Part shown: in pieces, positions 25,301 to 34,772 of the stretch
Layout of the letters: each line of letters begins with the position of its first letter
How positions within the stretch are numbered: the stretch's first letter is position 1
NCBI GenBank assembly: GCA_038146705.1
Contig: JAYQSB010000007.1
Span: 7,583 to 71,582, forward strand
From: Candidatus Poseidoniales archaeon
GTDB taxonomy: Archaea; Thermoplasmatota; Poseidoniia; Poseidoniales; Poseidoniaceae
Direction of reading: 5' to 3'
Length of the DNA stretch: 64,000 nucleotides
Notes under the pieces: model-generated
Database searches by the model: none
Told to the model about the DNA's origin: nothing
Seen by the model: the letters and a program-made list of their open reading frames with translations, nothing else
Program-made: the position numbers and the translations under genes

Positions 25301-25966
25301 TCCGGATGGGTCGAAATAATCAGATGAGCCCGATACAGTTGTTTCTGCTTCAAGATTTGAATACCACTGGTTTCCATTTTGTAAGGGGAAATCATGTGAT
25401 TCCTTTGGAGGCGTGTATGTGGTGTTGAATTCAAGGGTCGCAATGTCCTGCTTCAGCCAATTCGCAGGAAATCCAAAAATGGATGGGATGAAATCGACAT
25501 CGATTTCAAAGACAGTAACGACGGTGGCAAGGTCTCGTACTCGAACATAATCCGCTCCATCGTAAGCGATGTTGAGCGTGCCTTGATTCCCGTCGAGCGT
25601 CGCTCCATTCGTTCCCGAAGTGAAATCTCCACTGATGAGAATTTCGTAAATGAGCGTTTGCGTGCCATCAATATCAACGAAGCCTATGTTGTTCACTTCT
25701 CGTGTGGTATCTCCGTCGAGTGTGTTGATTGATGCGGAGACACCAGACTGTTGCACGAGACTTGACACGTCGAAATCAGTGTCATACACCCAAGTATCCC
25801 CAATCCTGTAATTCGGAATATCAACAACGGATGTTGAACTTCTTCCTGATTCGCTGGGAGACACATCGGTTAGAAGTCTATGTTCTTGTTCTAGAATATT
25901 GAGTGCAATTGGTTGCAAGAGTACGAACAAAAGGAAGAGCGAAACAAGCCTTCGGTTCATATCCAT
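22310..25966 (-). CDS. Giant PKD-repeat surface protein with C-terminal TM anchor and P/Q-rich cytoplasmic tail
   Basis: Signal peptide MDMNRRLVSLFLLFVLL. Multiple PKD-like repeats (VLNRAPVFELTG..., VDDDGASTEVNFSVTVLNIAPT, IDDDGVTSE, IDNDGASAS, IDDDGEFQ). CARDB-like segment. TM helix at 22724-22789 and a 137-aa tail. Confidence 0.8.
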   Translation of the reverse strand: MDMNRRLVSLFLLFVLLQPIALNILEQEHRLLTDVSPSESGRSSTSVVDIPNYRIGDTWVYDTDFDVSSLVQQSGVSASINTLDGDTTREVNNIGFVDIDGTQTLIYEILISGDFTSGTNGATLDGNQGTLNIAYDGADYVRVRDLATVVTVFEIDVDFIPSIFGFPANWLKQDIATLEFNTTYTPPKESHDFPLQNGNQWYSNLEAETTVSGSSDYFDPSGFDNTVTENYSWQITKNQAPSENGNAPSYQGCQNSFKIMEWNGTGVNTGFNWYCPEVRGPAWNRVSNTAGFTIDWFLKSYSPVDSTGVSATSNPGTRNKVIDVQMAYPRVLPEIDTSFTAQYLNNGNGVANTNLQVRYEIDKTIRNPTTDGVGNISISDLDTSEFTDDTPSSDDYSSNGLIVWDPVARVIGVTSVVMDLSIVGVDLIAQASASIVERTRNGETTTLNSAIGFNSIPGDLLTFSLPIQNRGIATSPTTDVQFLLDGSPLSSTSSVTIPAIGPYSTYRVEINLTVAEDQAIGTSVFTYIVDPTESVTEDADRTNNQGTMNLFFGRLPTSNMTSTEGMYTWENITLDATASFDIDGGEVECMFEIENKPGLITRIYSETCVTEFNWSDDGEWNVHLIVTDDELDTSELNHTVSVLNRAPVFELTGPETVNVESKITVEATGVADNDTISPEGQDVIISWPGISCDEGLTQRLCTFTPVEEGEMTITAIGVDDDGASTEVNFSVTVLNIAPTISDPQLILAGEAANVNEDGLWVVNEDQVGFLAVQADDSTGDEPSLLIEWHPSDKDENWTLTTTGAESNQLISWNISGEHIISVRAIDDDGVTSETRYGTVMVNNLAPTISGFFGDVPLFEDDPLYLTVDVDDTPSDMNSLRICWDLDSTIDLDNNGIMDDDCEVTGENLNASWGTMGIRKITATVIDNDGASASISMNVSVLNLPPVAVIGTEAVLTELTEGDSLVLDASGTRETETDKLTLLYTWDVGYMDGNLDGKNTGDVDFSTETIELMNLPPGTWDIVLTVIDDDGEFQTTTITIKVAELPPDGVFESIEAAIGTTMTYTIFSILIIVALLGGFMLITKPRASDQVYETKFDDAVFGIGGTGHIPAFQQPQQNQLPELPALPALPQQQTQLEPAPSLNAQVPQQPVVTQQTSPTPPIPVTGLPQGWTLEQWNYYGHQWLEANSAPPAPIQPQVFDTQTQPAQPSIDDLLDDLDF

Positions 25967-26026
25967 GGGATATCATTCAACTACTTGAGTGAATGTATGG
26001 AACGACTAGTATTATCAAATGAAATT

Positions 26027-26641
26027 TCAGAGAAGATCTGCTAATTCGTCTTTGATGATTTCAACAGCCTCAAGAATCTCGTCCTTGTGGCGTGCACCAG
26101 TAATCACCATTTTGCCCGAGCCGAAAATAAGGCAAACGACCTTGGGATAATCGAGTCGGTAGATGAGTCCAGGGAATTGTTCTGGCTCGTATTCTACTTT
26201 ATCGAATGGAAGATGGAATGTAAGGTGATTGAGATTAAGCTTTCGTGGTTGACCTGCTAATGGCTCACCAGTGAATTTGTCAGCACCATCGTAATCTTCT
26301 GGATAGTGGAGTGCATAGGTCGCAACCATGTTTTGAACTTCAATTTCAACTTGGTCAAGTTCCCATGTTGTTATGCCTGCTTTTCTGAGGTCTTCAATCA
26401 TGATTTGAATACCGTGGTGAATATTGTCTTCGTCTTTACCACCTGTGCACACGGCTCGTCCACTTCGGAACATGAGAATGGCAAGTTTTGGTTCAACGAC
26501 TCGATACACAACACCAGGGAATTGTTCAGGTTCATATTCGCAGTTCAATTGAATTGCGATGTCAGGCAGGTCGAGTTCTTCAGCAACTCGTGTACTTGCG
26601 ACTACATTTACTACGGTTAGGCGTTCTTCATCGGTTGGCAT
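26027..26641 (-). CDS. tbp: TATA-box binding protein (with 22-aa insertion in repeat 2)
   Basis: Two TBP repeats, each with EYEPEQFPG: VVNVVAS...EYEPEQFPGVVYRV...ILMFRSGRAVCTG and VQNMVAT...EYEPEQFPGLIYRL...CLIFGSGKMVITG. The ATG at 26641 (MPTDEERL) is the likely start. Confidence 0.9.
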   Translation of the reverse strand: MPTDEERLTVVNVVASTRVAEELDLPDIAIQLNCEYEPEQFPGVVYRVVEPKLAILMFRSGRAVCTGGKDEDNIHHGIQIMIEDLRKAGITTWELDQVEIEVQNMVATYALHYPEDYDGADKFTGEPLAGQPRKLNLNHLTFHLPFDKVEYEPEQFPGLIYRLDYPKVVCLIFGSGKMVITGARHKDEILEAVEIIKDELADLL

Positions 26642-26681
26642 GAAAATCCCACCTGCAACCAGTATATAAAAGGAAAACACT

Positions 26682-27836
26682 TTACAATTTACTTTCTTTT
26701 TTCGTAAATGCTAAGTTCTCGTAATGTTCTAATCGTACGCCATCCCTTGAAATTGAGGTGATGTAACTCGTTCCACCCGCTTCTTGGATGGCACGAGCAG
26801 TCGATTCAGGTTGTCTTGTCAAGGCGATCATGCAGCCTCCTCCACCAGCTCCAGATAGTTTCGTTCCAAGGGAAAAAGGAAGAGCGGCCCGAATCAAGCG
26901 TCGAAGCGGAGTGCTCGAAACCTCGAGTTTTTCGAGAAGAATTTGATTTTGATTCATCAACCGTCCTACTTCTTCAAAGTCCCCGTTCTTCATCGCTGCA
27001 TATCCGTTGAGAGAAATGTTGCCGATGTCTTCGACGTATGTCATGTGCTCCTCAGAGGAAGCAAGAAGGTGAGCAACATGTTCGACTTGTTTTTTGGTTG
27101 AAGAACGAATTCCAGTGGCTCCTATCACGAGGTATACATCATTGGGTAATTCACTCTCGATTTGGCTCATCTCCCATTGTCGAATAGTATGATCCACGTT
27201 CAATTCACGCTTGTACAACATGTGTTCATGTTGAGTTCCACCAATGAGAATGAGTCCACCATGGGCTGAGGTTGTCGTGTCCATAGGTGAAGCTAATCCC
27301 CCCTGTGCTATTGCTTCAGCAGCATGAGATAACAAACCGCATTCATCGATAGAAATCGCATCCTTACCAAATACATGTCCACTTACCTCCGCCTTTTCGT
27401 CGGTAGTATGTTCGGGTTTGTATGCTTGTAATGGTTGGTATTTCGACGACCATCCTTCCAACCATTCTCCGCGAGAATCAATTTTTCGTCCACGTGCGGA
27501 CCGCAAGCATGCTACAAGTGCATTGCACAGGGCAGCGCTCGAACCCAATCCTGATGCCGAAGGAATTTCGCTCTCAATTTGAATCGAAAGTGACTCGAAG
27601 TTATTTGCTTGATTCCACAATTTCTTGAGCAAGAAATCGATATGGGGGTGAGAATCAGGATGATATTTTCGACCCTCTAATCGCATAGTATTGCCCGTTT
27701 GAATTGAAACTGTTGTTCTCAAATCGAGGGCTACGGCTATTGCAGGCTGACCATACACGACAGCGTGTTCTCCAAACAAGACACATTTGGCTGGAGCACT
27801 TGCTGAAATCCTCGGACCTTGCTCCCCCATGGCCAT
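26682..27836 (-). CDS. mvk: Mevalonate kinase (GHMP kinase)
   Basis: APAKCVLFGEHAVVYG, GLGSSAALCNA (GHMP motif II), KLSGAGGGGCMIAL (motif III). It carries an extra segment of roughly 45 aa between motifs II and III. Confidence 0.85.
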   Translation of the reverse strand: MAMGEQGPRISASAPAKCVLFGEHAVVYGQPAIAVALDLRTTVSIQTGNTMRLEGRKYHPDSHPHIDFLLKKLWNQANNFESLSIQIESEIPSASGLGSSAALCNALVACLRSARGRKIDSRGEWLEGWSSKYQPLQAYKPEHTTDEKAEVSGHVFGKDAISIDECGLLSHAAEAIAQGGLASPMDTTTSAHGGLILIGGTQHEHMLYKRELNVDHTIRQWEMSQIESELPNDVYLVIGATGIRSSTKKQVEHVAHLLASSEEHMTYVEDIGNISLNGYAAMKNGDFEEVGRLMNQNQILLEKLEVSSTPLRRLIRAALPFSLGTKLSGAGGGGCMIALTRQPESTARAIQEAGGTSYITSISRDGVRLEHYENLAFTKKESKL

Positions 27837-27942
27837 ATCATGAGCAGAGTGTTGAAATGTCTTCCTCACATTTTTACACATCGGTGCATTGAAAGACGGT
27901 CTTGTCTTGGGACGAGGTGAGCAACATAGGTGGTCGTCACGA

Positions 27943-29991
27943 ATGATAGTTCATCCTCTTGAAGTGAAATATTTCGACGCAGTACAAGGATGGTGGTTCT
28001 TGTTTGTTCTGTTTGGTGTATCGGGAGGATTTTTTGCCTATCAAGTCATTAAGGCCACACGCCTCGTTCTCGTCGGGAAACCGGAAAATAGATTTGACAA
28101 CTGGGGTCTTCGAATAAAGGAAGTCATCACTGGTTGGCTTGGACAAAAAAAGGTGCTAAAAGACCGCATCGCAGGTGGCATTCACGTCTTGATGTTCTGG
28201 GGGTTTTTGATGCTCTCCACCGATATGCTCGACCTCGCCACCGCAAACAAATTTTCTCACGCTCTTCCTGAATGGCTTCGAAACCCTTGGAATCTGATGG
28301 TTGAAATCGGATATGTTTCTGCTTTCATTGGTTGTGTTTTTGCCCTCGTCCGAAGGGTTGTCTTCACTCCAGAGAAACTGAAAGGCAAATCTCAACTTGA
28401 GGGCAATGTCATCCTCTTGCTCATCCTAACCATTACAGCCACCTCTTTCATCATCGAATCCTATGAGGCGACGCTCACACAAACATGGGAGCCAATTGGT
28501 TACTTCGTGAGTCAGGAAATGAATCCAGACCAGTCGATGGTCAATACAGCGTACTGGATGCACATGCTCGCAATTTCTGTGTTCCTCTTTTTGATCCCGT
28601 TGTCAAAGCACATGCATCTTGTTATGGCCTTCCCGAACGTGTTTTTCCACGACCTTCGTCCAATGGCGACCATGGAGCCACTCGCTCGAAATGAAAGCGG
28701 AAAGGCGATGTCACTCGACGACCTTGACCTCGAATCATTTGGTGCAGTCAATTACAGTGATTTTTCTTGGCGAAGTCTCATCGACGGATGGGCGTGCACC
28801 TCTTGTGCGAGGTGTCAAGATGTGTGTCCAGCGTATGCGAGCGGCAAAGCCCTAAATCCAATGCAAATCATTCACGATGTTCGACATTATGCAAATGACC
28901 ATTCAGCAACCCTTTTCGCTGGAGAAAAACCAGAAGAAGACATCATTGCTCGATTTGGAGAGGAAGCGATTTGGGCTTGTACAACTTGTCACGCTTGCGT
29001 TGAAGCATGTCCAATTTATATCGACCATGTTCCAAAATTGACCGATGCCCGTCGACATCTCATGATGGAGAGAATGGAATTTGATGAGAAGGTCGAGGAT
29101 ACAATTATGCCTCTGATGGCAACAATTGAGAATCTAGAATCCGATTCGAATCCATATGGAATGCCTTCCCACGAACGAGGTGAATGGGCCGAAGATTTGG
29201 ATATCAAAATCGGAGAACCTGCCGAGTATATTTACTTCGCAGGCTGTGCTGCATCATTTGATGAGCGAAACAAAAAGGTCGCACGAGACACCATTCAAAT
29301 CATGAAGCAAGCAGGTCTCGATGTCGGTATCCTCGGTATGCAAGAAGGTTGCAGTGGCGACCCTGCACGTAGAGCAGGGAATGAATATCTTTTCCAAATG
29401 CTCGCAGAAACAAATCTCGCAACATTTGAAGAAATTGGTGTAAAGAAAATAGTTGCATCTTGCCCTCACTGCTTCCATACATTAGGAAAAGAATACAAGG
29501 AATACGGTGGCGAAGATATTGAAGTCATGCACCATTCACAACTCATCTCCCATCTTCAATCCTCAGGTGAATTACCAGCACCGAAACACGACGAAAGCGT
29601 GACCTATCACGACCCGTGTTATCTTGGCCGAATTGGCGGTGTCCTCGAAGAACCAAGAAATGCAATTGGAGGCGTCGATGTCGAAGTCGAACGCCATGGC
29701 GAGCAATCCTTCTGCTGTGGGGCAGGTGGTGCTCAGATGTGGATGGAAGAACACGTACCTGAAGGCAATGACCGTGTCAACATTATTCGTTCTAAAGAAA
29801 TTGCAAAGACTGGGGCACAAACTGTCGCAGTCGGGTGTCCGTTTTGTTCAACAATGGTGACTGATGGCCTCAACGCAATTGGTTCTGACATGGAAGTCAA
29901 GGATATTGCCGAACTCGTATGGGAGCAATTGAAGGCAAACGATGCAAAGATGACTGAAGCAAGTTCAAAGAAAGAGACCGCAGAAGCGTGA
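27943..29991 (+). CDS. Membrane-bound Fe-S oxidoreductase: multi-helix N-terminal membrane domain fused to HdrD/GlpC-type domain (2x[4Fe-4S] + 2 CCG)
   Basis: Five to six N-terminal helices. Ferredoxin motifs CTSCARCQDVCP and CTTCHACVEACP. Cys-rich CCG-type motifs FAGCAASF...CPHCFHT and DPCYLGR...FCCGAGG...GCPFCSTM. Confidence 0.7.
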   Translation: MIVHPLEVKYFDAVQGWWFLFVLFGVSGGFFAYQVIKATRLVLVGKPENRFDNWGLRIKEVITGWLGQKKVLKDRIAGGIHVLMFWGFLMLSTDMLDLATANKFSHALPEWLRNPWNLMVEIGYVSAFIGCVFALVRRVVFTPEKLKGKSQLEGNVILLLILTITATSFIIESYEATLTQTWEPIGYFVSQEMNPDQSMVNTAYWMHMLAISVFLFLIPLSKHMHLVMAFPNVFFHDLRPMATMEPLARNESGKAMSLDDLDLESFGAVNYSDFSWRSLIDGWACTSCARCQDVCPAYASGKALNPMQIIHDVRHYANDHSATLFAGEKPEEDIIARFGEEAIWACTTCHACVEACPIYIDHVPKLTDARRHLMMERMEFDEKVEDTIMPLMATIENLESDSNPYGMPSHERGEWAEDLDIKIGEPAEYIYFAGCAASFDERNKKVARDTIQIMKQAGLDVGILGMQEGCSGDPARRAGNEYLFQMLAETNLATFEEIGVKKIVASCPHCFHTLGKEYKEYGGEDIEVMHHSQLISHLQSSGELPAPKHDESVTYHDPCYLGRIGGVLEEPRNAIGGVDVEVERHGEQSFCCGAGGAQMWMEEHVPEGNDRVNIIRSKEIAKTGAQTVAVGCPFCSTMVTDGLNAIGSDMEVKDIAELVWEQLKANDAKMTEASSKKETAEA

Positions 29992-29997
29992 TGGCGA

Positions 29998-30951
29998 ATG
30001 CACCACATGTCGAATGAGGACAAGGGTAATCTCATCAACTGGTACAAAGCAAATCAACGAGATTTGCCTTGGAGGGCTACAAAGGACCCTTGGCACGTTC
30101 TCCTTTCTGAAATTCTGTTGCAACAAACCCAGATGTCGAGAGGTGTGGAATATTGGAAGACGATCGTCGAACGATTTCCAACGATTGTTGACTTGGCTCA
30201 TTCAGATGTAGAGGAACTCCTCTTGTTGTGGCAAGGAGCTGGTTATTATGCACGGGCAAGACGATTGCATGCTTGTGCTCAGGTCGTGCTTGAAGAACAT
30301 TCGGGCATCATCCCATCAAGGTACGATGTGTTACTCGGTTTGCCAGGTATTGGACCATACACCGCTGCGGCTGTAGCGAGTATTGCTTTCGACCAACCGC
30401 ATGCTTGCGTGGATGGAAATATTCGTAGAGTTATGGCACGATGGTGCGAGGATGAGGACCCAAGTGAACGAGATGTACAACATTGGGCTGAGACACAACT
30501 CTTTTCTGCTGATGCAGGCCTTTGGAATCAGTCATTAATGGAACTGGGTGCACTTGTTTGCAGTCCAAAGAAACCCACTTGCGAGGTATGTCCGATTTCG
30601 TCAAACTGCCGCGGAAAACAATCTCCTTCCAAATATCCGCGCCCAAAGAAGAGGTTGACAAAACATGTCAAATTGACCGCAATACTCGAAATAGACGAGC
30701 ACGGGCTTCCTCGTTTGTACAATCGTCCATCGGATGGCTTATTCGGTGGTATGTACGGACCAAAAATTGTGGAAGGAGGTGTTGCACCGGACCACGCTGA
30801 TTTTCTTGGCGTCATCCACCATTCACTATCTCATCGTGAATTCGAAATATCGGTCTTTGCGACGAAAGTTGATGATGGCGGTAAAATTATTTCTTCCTAT
30901 CCGTTGTCGACTATGGATTTGAAAATCCTAGCGAAAGGAGGTGTGACTTGA
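29998..30951 (+). CDS. mutY: A/G-specific adenine DNA glycosylase (MutY / Nth superfamily)
   Basis: WYKANQRDLPWR, HhH-GPD LPGIGPYTAAAVASIAF, Fe-S cluster loop CSPKKPTCEVCPISSNC, and a short NUDIX-like C-terminal domain. Confidence 0.8.
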   Translation: MHHMSNEDKGNLINWYKANQRDLPWRATKDPWHVLLSEILLQQTQMSRGVEYWKTIVERFPTIVDLAHSDVEELLLLWQGAGYYARARRLHACAQVVLEEHSGIIPSRYDVLLGLPGIGPYTAAAVASIAFDQPHACVDGNIRRVMARWCEDEDPSERDVQHWAETQLFSADAGLWNQSLMELGALVCSPKKPTCEVCPISSNCRGKQSPSKYPRPKKRLTKHVKLTAILEIDEHGLPRLYNRPSDGLFGGMYGPKIVEGGVAPDHADFLGVIHHSLSHREFEISVFATKVDDGGKIISSYPLSTMDLKILAKGGVT

Positions 30952-31607
30952 TGAGATTACTTCTTGTTGATTTGCTCGCAGAGAGGCACGGATTTGGAAA
31001 AGAAGGTGTTCGTAACATCGTCAATGCATTAACGCCCGAATTGGTGTTTTTGTGGTCCCCACACACTGATGCACCACTCGACTACGGTTTCGGCACCCGT
31101 GTCGATACACCGGTAGAATGTGATATGATCGTCATATCTGGGTCGAGAAAAAATGTCTCGATGTGGGAAGATTGGATGGATGAAGTTGCCGAACTTATTC
31201 GAACAACAAATGTCCCATTGTACGGTATCTGTTTTGGACATCAGATTATCGCTGCAACCTTGGGTGGGCAAGTCATTCGAGCAAAACAGGCAACGGAATC
31301 GGTTTGTTCTGTTGATTTCACAGACGGGACCCAAACATTTGGCTTATTTTCACATCAAGATCATGTGGTCAACTCAGGAGAACTGAAGAATATTGCATCG
31401 AGTAAAGAATGCGGTAACGTCATCCACGTACATCCAAACCGTCCGATTTATTCTGTTCAATTCCACCCCGAAACAGACAGCAGAGTTCTCGATGAGGCTG
31501 TGAAGCATGGTGAGATGACGGAGGCTGAACGCAAAGGGTATGTGTTTGAACATCAAGTGCTCTCGCTTGATGAATTCTTTTCACCGTCGACATATCCAAG
31601 AGCATAA
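30951..31607 (+). CDS. Class I glutamine amidotransferase-like protein
   Basis: Nucleophile elbow GICFGHQ and His-Glu pair in VQFHPETD. The start overlaps the mutY stop (TGATG). Confidence 0.7.
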   Translation: MRLLLVDLLAERHGFGKEGVRNIVNALTPELVFLWSPHTDAPLDYGFGTRVDTPVECDMIVISGSRKNVSMWEDWMDEVAELIRTTNVPLYGICFGHQIIAATLGGQVIRAKQATESVCSVDFTDGTQTFGLFSHQDHVVNSGELKNIASSKECGNVIHVHPNRPIYSVQFHPETDSRVLDEAVKHGEMTEAERKGYVFEHQVLSLDEFFSPSTYPRA

Positions 31608-32212
31608 ATTGAGGCGAGCAAACCTGCAACGAGTGCAAATTCCGCTGGTGCAGCAATGACAATGAAGTGCTGAATATTGTCCAAATACGCATTCGTTTCT
31701 AGATTCGATGTATACCCAGGTGCGAGGAAGAGGGAACCTACCATGGCTATACATCCAGACGTAGAAATCAGCATGCCTCTTTCAAAGAGAGTAGAATCAA
31801 GACCGATTGCTGTTCCGTAGACTTTGGTCCAAATGAGGCTGGAGATGAAACATATACCAGCAGCAGTGGTGTGAATTTTTATGTTCGAATGAAGATCGTA
31901 GATGATAACAAACCACAAACTTATGATGGCCGTGACACCTAAAGCAGTCGTGAGAATTCGTTGGGACATATCCTTCTTTTTCACGCGCACTCGTCTGGGT
32001 GCATCGAACCTCCACCATGTCAGGGCTAGACTTGAGCCAACAAATCCCCCTTTGAACAACAAGGAAGGGATTTGCCCTACATCCGCCTCAGAAATGAAAT
32101 GAGGGAAGGCACGATACTCGTTTGAAAAGAGGAATGTTAAACTTGAGAGGATGGTGGTCAATGCAATGAAAAGTGATGTCATATGATAGGCATTGAAACG
32201 AAACATCATCAT
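31553..32212 (-). CDS. Hypothetical integral membrane protein (about 6 TM)
   Basis: Hydrophobic helices run throughout. The ATG overlaps the stop of the upstream SDR gene as ATGA (32209-32212). I could not assign a family with confidence. Confidence 0.5.
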   Translation of the reverse strand: MMMFRFNAYHMTSLFIALTTILSSLTFLFSNEYRAFPHFISEADVGQIPSLLFKGGFVGSSLALTWWRFDAPRRVRVKKKDMSQRILTTALGVTAIISLWFVIIYDLHSNIKIHTTAAGICFISSLIWTKVYGTAIGLDSTLFERGMLISTSGCIAMVGSLFLAPGYTSNLETNAYLDNIQHFIVIAAPAEFALVAGLLASIYALGYVDGEKNSSSEST

Positions 32213-33252
32213 TGAAAACCCTCAACTGTGTCACGAACAGCTGTGTCGAAATCAATCCACTCCATTCCCAAAACATCCTCTGCTTTCTTACTCGAATAGT
32301 ACGCATCTCCTGACCGAAGACTCTTCACAACTTGTCGTGTCAAATACCTATTTTGGCCGCGCAGACCATTCAACATATCAAACAAAACAGCGGTAGGCAA
32401 AAGGAAGTTTGGTAATGCACGTTTCGGGGATTTTGACTTTGGGTACAATTCACGAATTCGTTTGCATAAATGAGCCATATCGAGACTATGATGGGGTGCG
32501 AGAATGAATCGACCTTGTGCCTGGTCAACTTCAAATGCTCTTCGATGAGCGATGGCAACATCTTTGACGTGAACAAACGCCATTGGGAATTTTGGAGCCA
32601 GCGGGAATCGTCCATGAAACGCATCGTCGAAATATGCTACGCTCGGTGTGGGGCGAGAGAAGCCACCTCCTATGACTGCACTCGGGTTGATGATTCGCAA
32701 ATCGAGGCCAAGTTCATTTGCTAACGTTGTCGCCAACTTTTCAGAATCTGTCTTTGCTTTGGTGTATGGTAGTGCATGGTTTTCCTGCCAAATGGATTCA
32801 TCCTTTTCCACTCCTTTTGGCATGCTACCGACAGCTGCGACGCTCGATGTGTACACAATCCGTTGAATTCCGCATGACTTTGCTGCATTGAAGAGGTGAG
32901 CTGTGCCTTTCATCGCAGTATCGATAATGGTCTCTGCACTGGCATCAATCGAATAAACTGTTGCGGTATGAAGTAAAACATCACAACCAGCTAACAGTTC
33001 TTGCCAAGGGTCTGCATCAAGAACATCGCCTTCAACTAACTCCAAACGTTCTTCGCATCCTAAATCGACAGCATGCTGGAGTACGTGTCTGGTTCGAGAA
33101 GGGTCGGACAGGGAACGGACAGAACCTTTGACTTCGTAGCCGTGTTCAAGTAAATCTCGAACGATATGGTTCCCAATATGACCATTCACACCTGTGACAA
33201 ATACGCGTTTGAAGGTCGGCACAGTCAAGTCCAAGGTGCGATATTGTATCAA
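32209..33252 (-). CDS. NAD(P)-dependent epimerase/dehydratase family (extended SDR, cinnamoyl-CoA/dihydroflavonol reductase-like)
   Basis: VFVTGVNGHIGNHIV (GxxGxxG) and catalytic YTKAK (YxxxK). There is no ATG before the Rossmann motif, so the start is TTG/GTG somewhere in 33222-33252. Confidence 0.75.
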   Translation of the reverse strand: MIQYRTLDLTVPTFKRVFVTGVNGHIGNHIVRDLLEHGYEVKGSVRSLSDPSRTRHVLQHAVDLGCEERLELVEGDVLDADPWQELLAGCDVLLHTATVYSIDASAETIIDTAMKGTAHLFNAAKSCGIQRIVYTSSVAAVGSMPKGVEKDESIWQENHALPYTKAKTDSEKLATTLANELGLDLRIINPSAVIGGGFSRPTPSVAYFDDAFHGRFPLAPKFPMAFVHVKDVAIAHRRAFEVDQAQGRFILAPHHSLDMAHLCKRIRELYPKSKSPKRALPNFLLPTAVLFDMLNGLRGQNRYLTRQVVKSLRSGDAYYSSKKAEDVLGMEWIDFDTAVRDTVEGFQ

Positions 33253-33290
33253 CCTTCAAGTAGTCAATTTCTCTCGTTCGGGTGAGCGAC

Positions 33291-34772
33291 ATGGCCCTTC
33301 ACCTGTATGACACGAGACATCGGGAAAAGGTCCCATTCAAGACAATCCATCCAGGAAAAGTGTCAATGTATGTTTGCGGCGTCACAGTTTACGACCGTTG
33401 CCATCTAGGGCACGCTCGTTGTTACATCGCATTTGACGTGATTTTTAGGTGGCTGAAACAATCAGGTTACGATGTCACCTATGTTCAAAATTTTACAGAC
33501 ATCGATGACAAAATCATCAACCGTGCACAAACCGAACATCGTGACTGGCGGGAAATAGTTGACGAAAACATCGCAGCCTACTATCAAGACATGGACAGGC
33601 TCAATATTCAACGGGCAAATCACTATCCACGTTGTACAGATTATGTTGAACACATGATTGGTATTATCGATGTTCTCATCGACAAAGGACATGCATATGC
33701 GGCCGACGACGGCGTCTATTTTGATGTTGAATCTGCTCCTGAAAAGTATGGTCAACTCACGGGTCAATCGATTGAAGCAGTCCGCTCAGGTGCAAGCGGA
33801 AGAGTCGAAGACCAAAGCGGAAAGCGTGACCACAAAGATTTCGCATTATGGAAAGCGGCAAAACCCGGTGAACCAACATGGGATTCCCCTTGGATGCCGG
33901 GTCGTCCTGGTTGGCACATTGAATGTACTGCAATGTCACTTGACCATTTTCTCAATGAATTCGACATTCACGGAGGAGGACACGACCTGCGTTTTCCTCA
34001 TCATGAGGCTGAAATTTTCCAAGGCGAATGTTACACCGACCATGCTCCTGTTGTTCACCACTGGCTCCATAATGGATTTGTCAACATCGACGGAGAAAAA
34101 ATGTCGAAATCGCTAGGTAATTTTTGGACCATTGATGAAATTTTAACGAAAATCGACCCACTTGTCCTTCGATTTGCACTGATCAATGCACATTATCGCT
34201 CACCGATTGACATGAATGAATCCCTCCTCAAAGATGCAGAGCGGAATTACTCAAAATTGATCGATGTCTATTCCGCAATGGTCAAGCAATTAGGTGATGA
34301 TGAACCTGTCAATCTCCCTCATCCTGATTCTTCTTCGAGTCAACCACTCTCAAGAGGGTTGGGTATGCTTGAATTGATGGGTGAACAGTTCGCTAAGGCC
34401 ATGGACGATGATTTCAACACACGCGAGGCTATTGCAAAAGTGCTTACTGCACTTAGAGAAATGGCGAAAGTCAGCGATAGCGGTCTTGAAGAAAGTGACC
34501 ACCACGCATTCGCCCACTACTGTGTCGAATGGCTCGAGGAAACCGCAGGTGATGTGTTGGGTCTTTTGCCAACGCGGGAAGAAATTCTTGAACCGAAAGA
34601 AGACCCTCGAAGAGTGGAAATTGCTGACAAAGTAGAATCTCTCCTTGCCCAACGTGCTGAAGCACGAAGTGCAAAAGATTGGGAAACAGCCGATCTTATT
34701 CGTGACCAACTCAACGAACTTGGTGTTATCGTGACCGATACCGCAGAGGGTCCAGTTTGGGATTTAGTCTGA
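33291..34772 (+). CDS. cysS: Cysteinyl-tRNA synthetase
   Basis: MYVCGVTVYDRCHLGHAR (HIGH-type), WDSPWMPGRPGWHIEC, KMSKSLGN, and a C-terminal DALR-like helical domain. Confidence 0.9.
   Translation: MALHLYDTRHREKVPFKTIHPGKVSMYVCGVTVYDRCHLGHARCYIAFDVIFRWLKQSGYDVTYVQNFTDIDDKIINRAQTEHRDWREIVDENIAAYYQDMDRLNIQRANHYPRCTDYVEHMIGIIDVLIDKGHAYAADDGVYFDVESAPEKYGQLTGQSIEAVRSGASGRVEDQSGKRDHKDFALWKAAKPGEPTWDSPWMPGRPGWHIECTAMSLDHFLNEFDIHGGGHDLRFPHHEAEIFQGECYTDHAPVVHHWLHNGFVNIDGEKMSKSLGNFWTIDEILTKIDPLVLRFALINAHYRSPIDMNESLLKDAERNYSKLIDVYSAMVKQLGDDEPVNLPHPDSSSSQPLSRGLGMLELMGEQFAKAMDDDFNTREAIAKVLTALREMAKVSDSGLEESDHHAFAHYCVEWLEETAGDVLGLLPTREEILEPKEDPRRVEIADKVESLLAQRAEARSAKDWETADLIRDQLNELGVIVTDTAEGPVWDLV

Noticed and set aside
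25976-25997. Imperfect inverted repeat CATTCA...TGAATG between tbp and the PKD-protein gene as a terminator or regulatory hairpin
   Set aside because: The perfect stem is only 6 bp, with a bulged extension and no adjacent T-tract. That is too weak to call.
28978-28992. CTTCH (CxxCH) considered as a c-type heme-binding site relevant to the ccm genes
   Set aside because: It is part of a standard ferredoxin-type CxxCxxCxxxCP [4Fe-4S] motif (CTTCHACVEACP) in a cytoplasm-facing domain, not a heme c attachment site.
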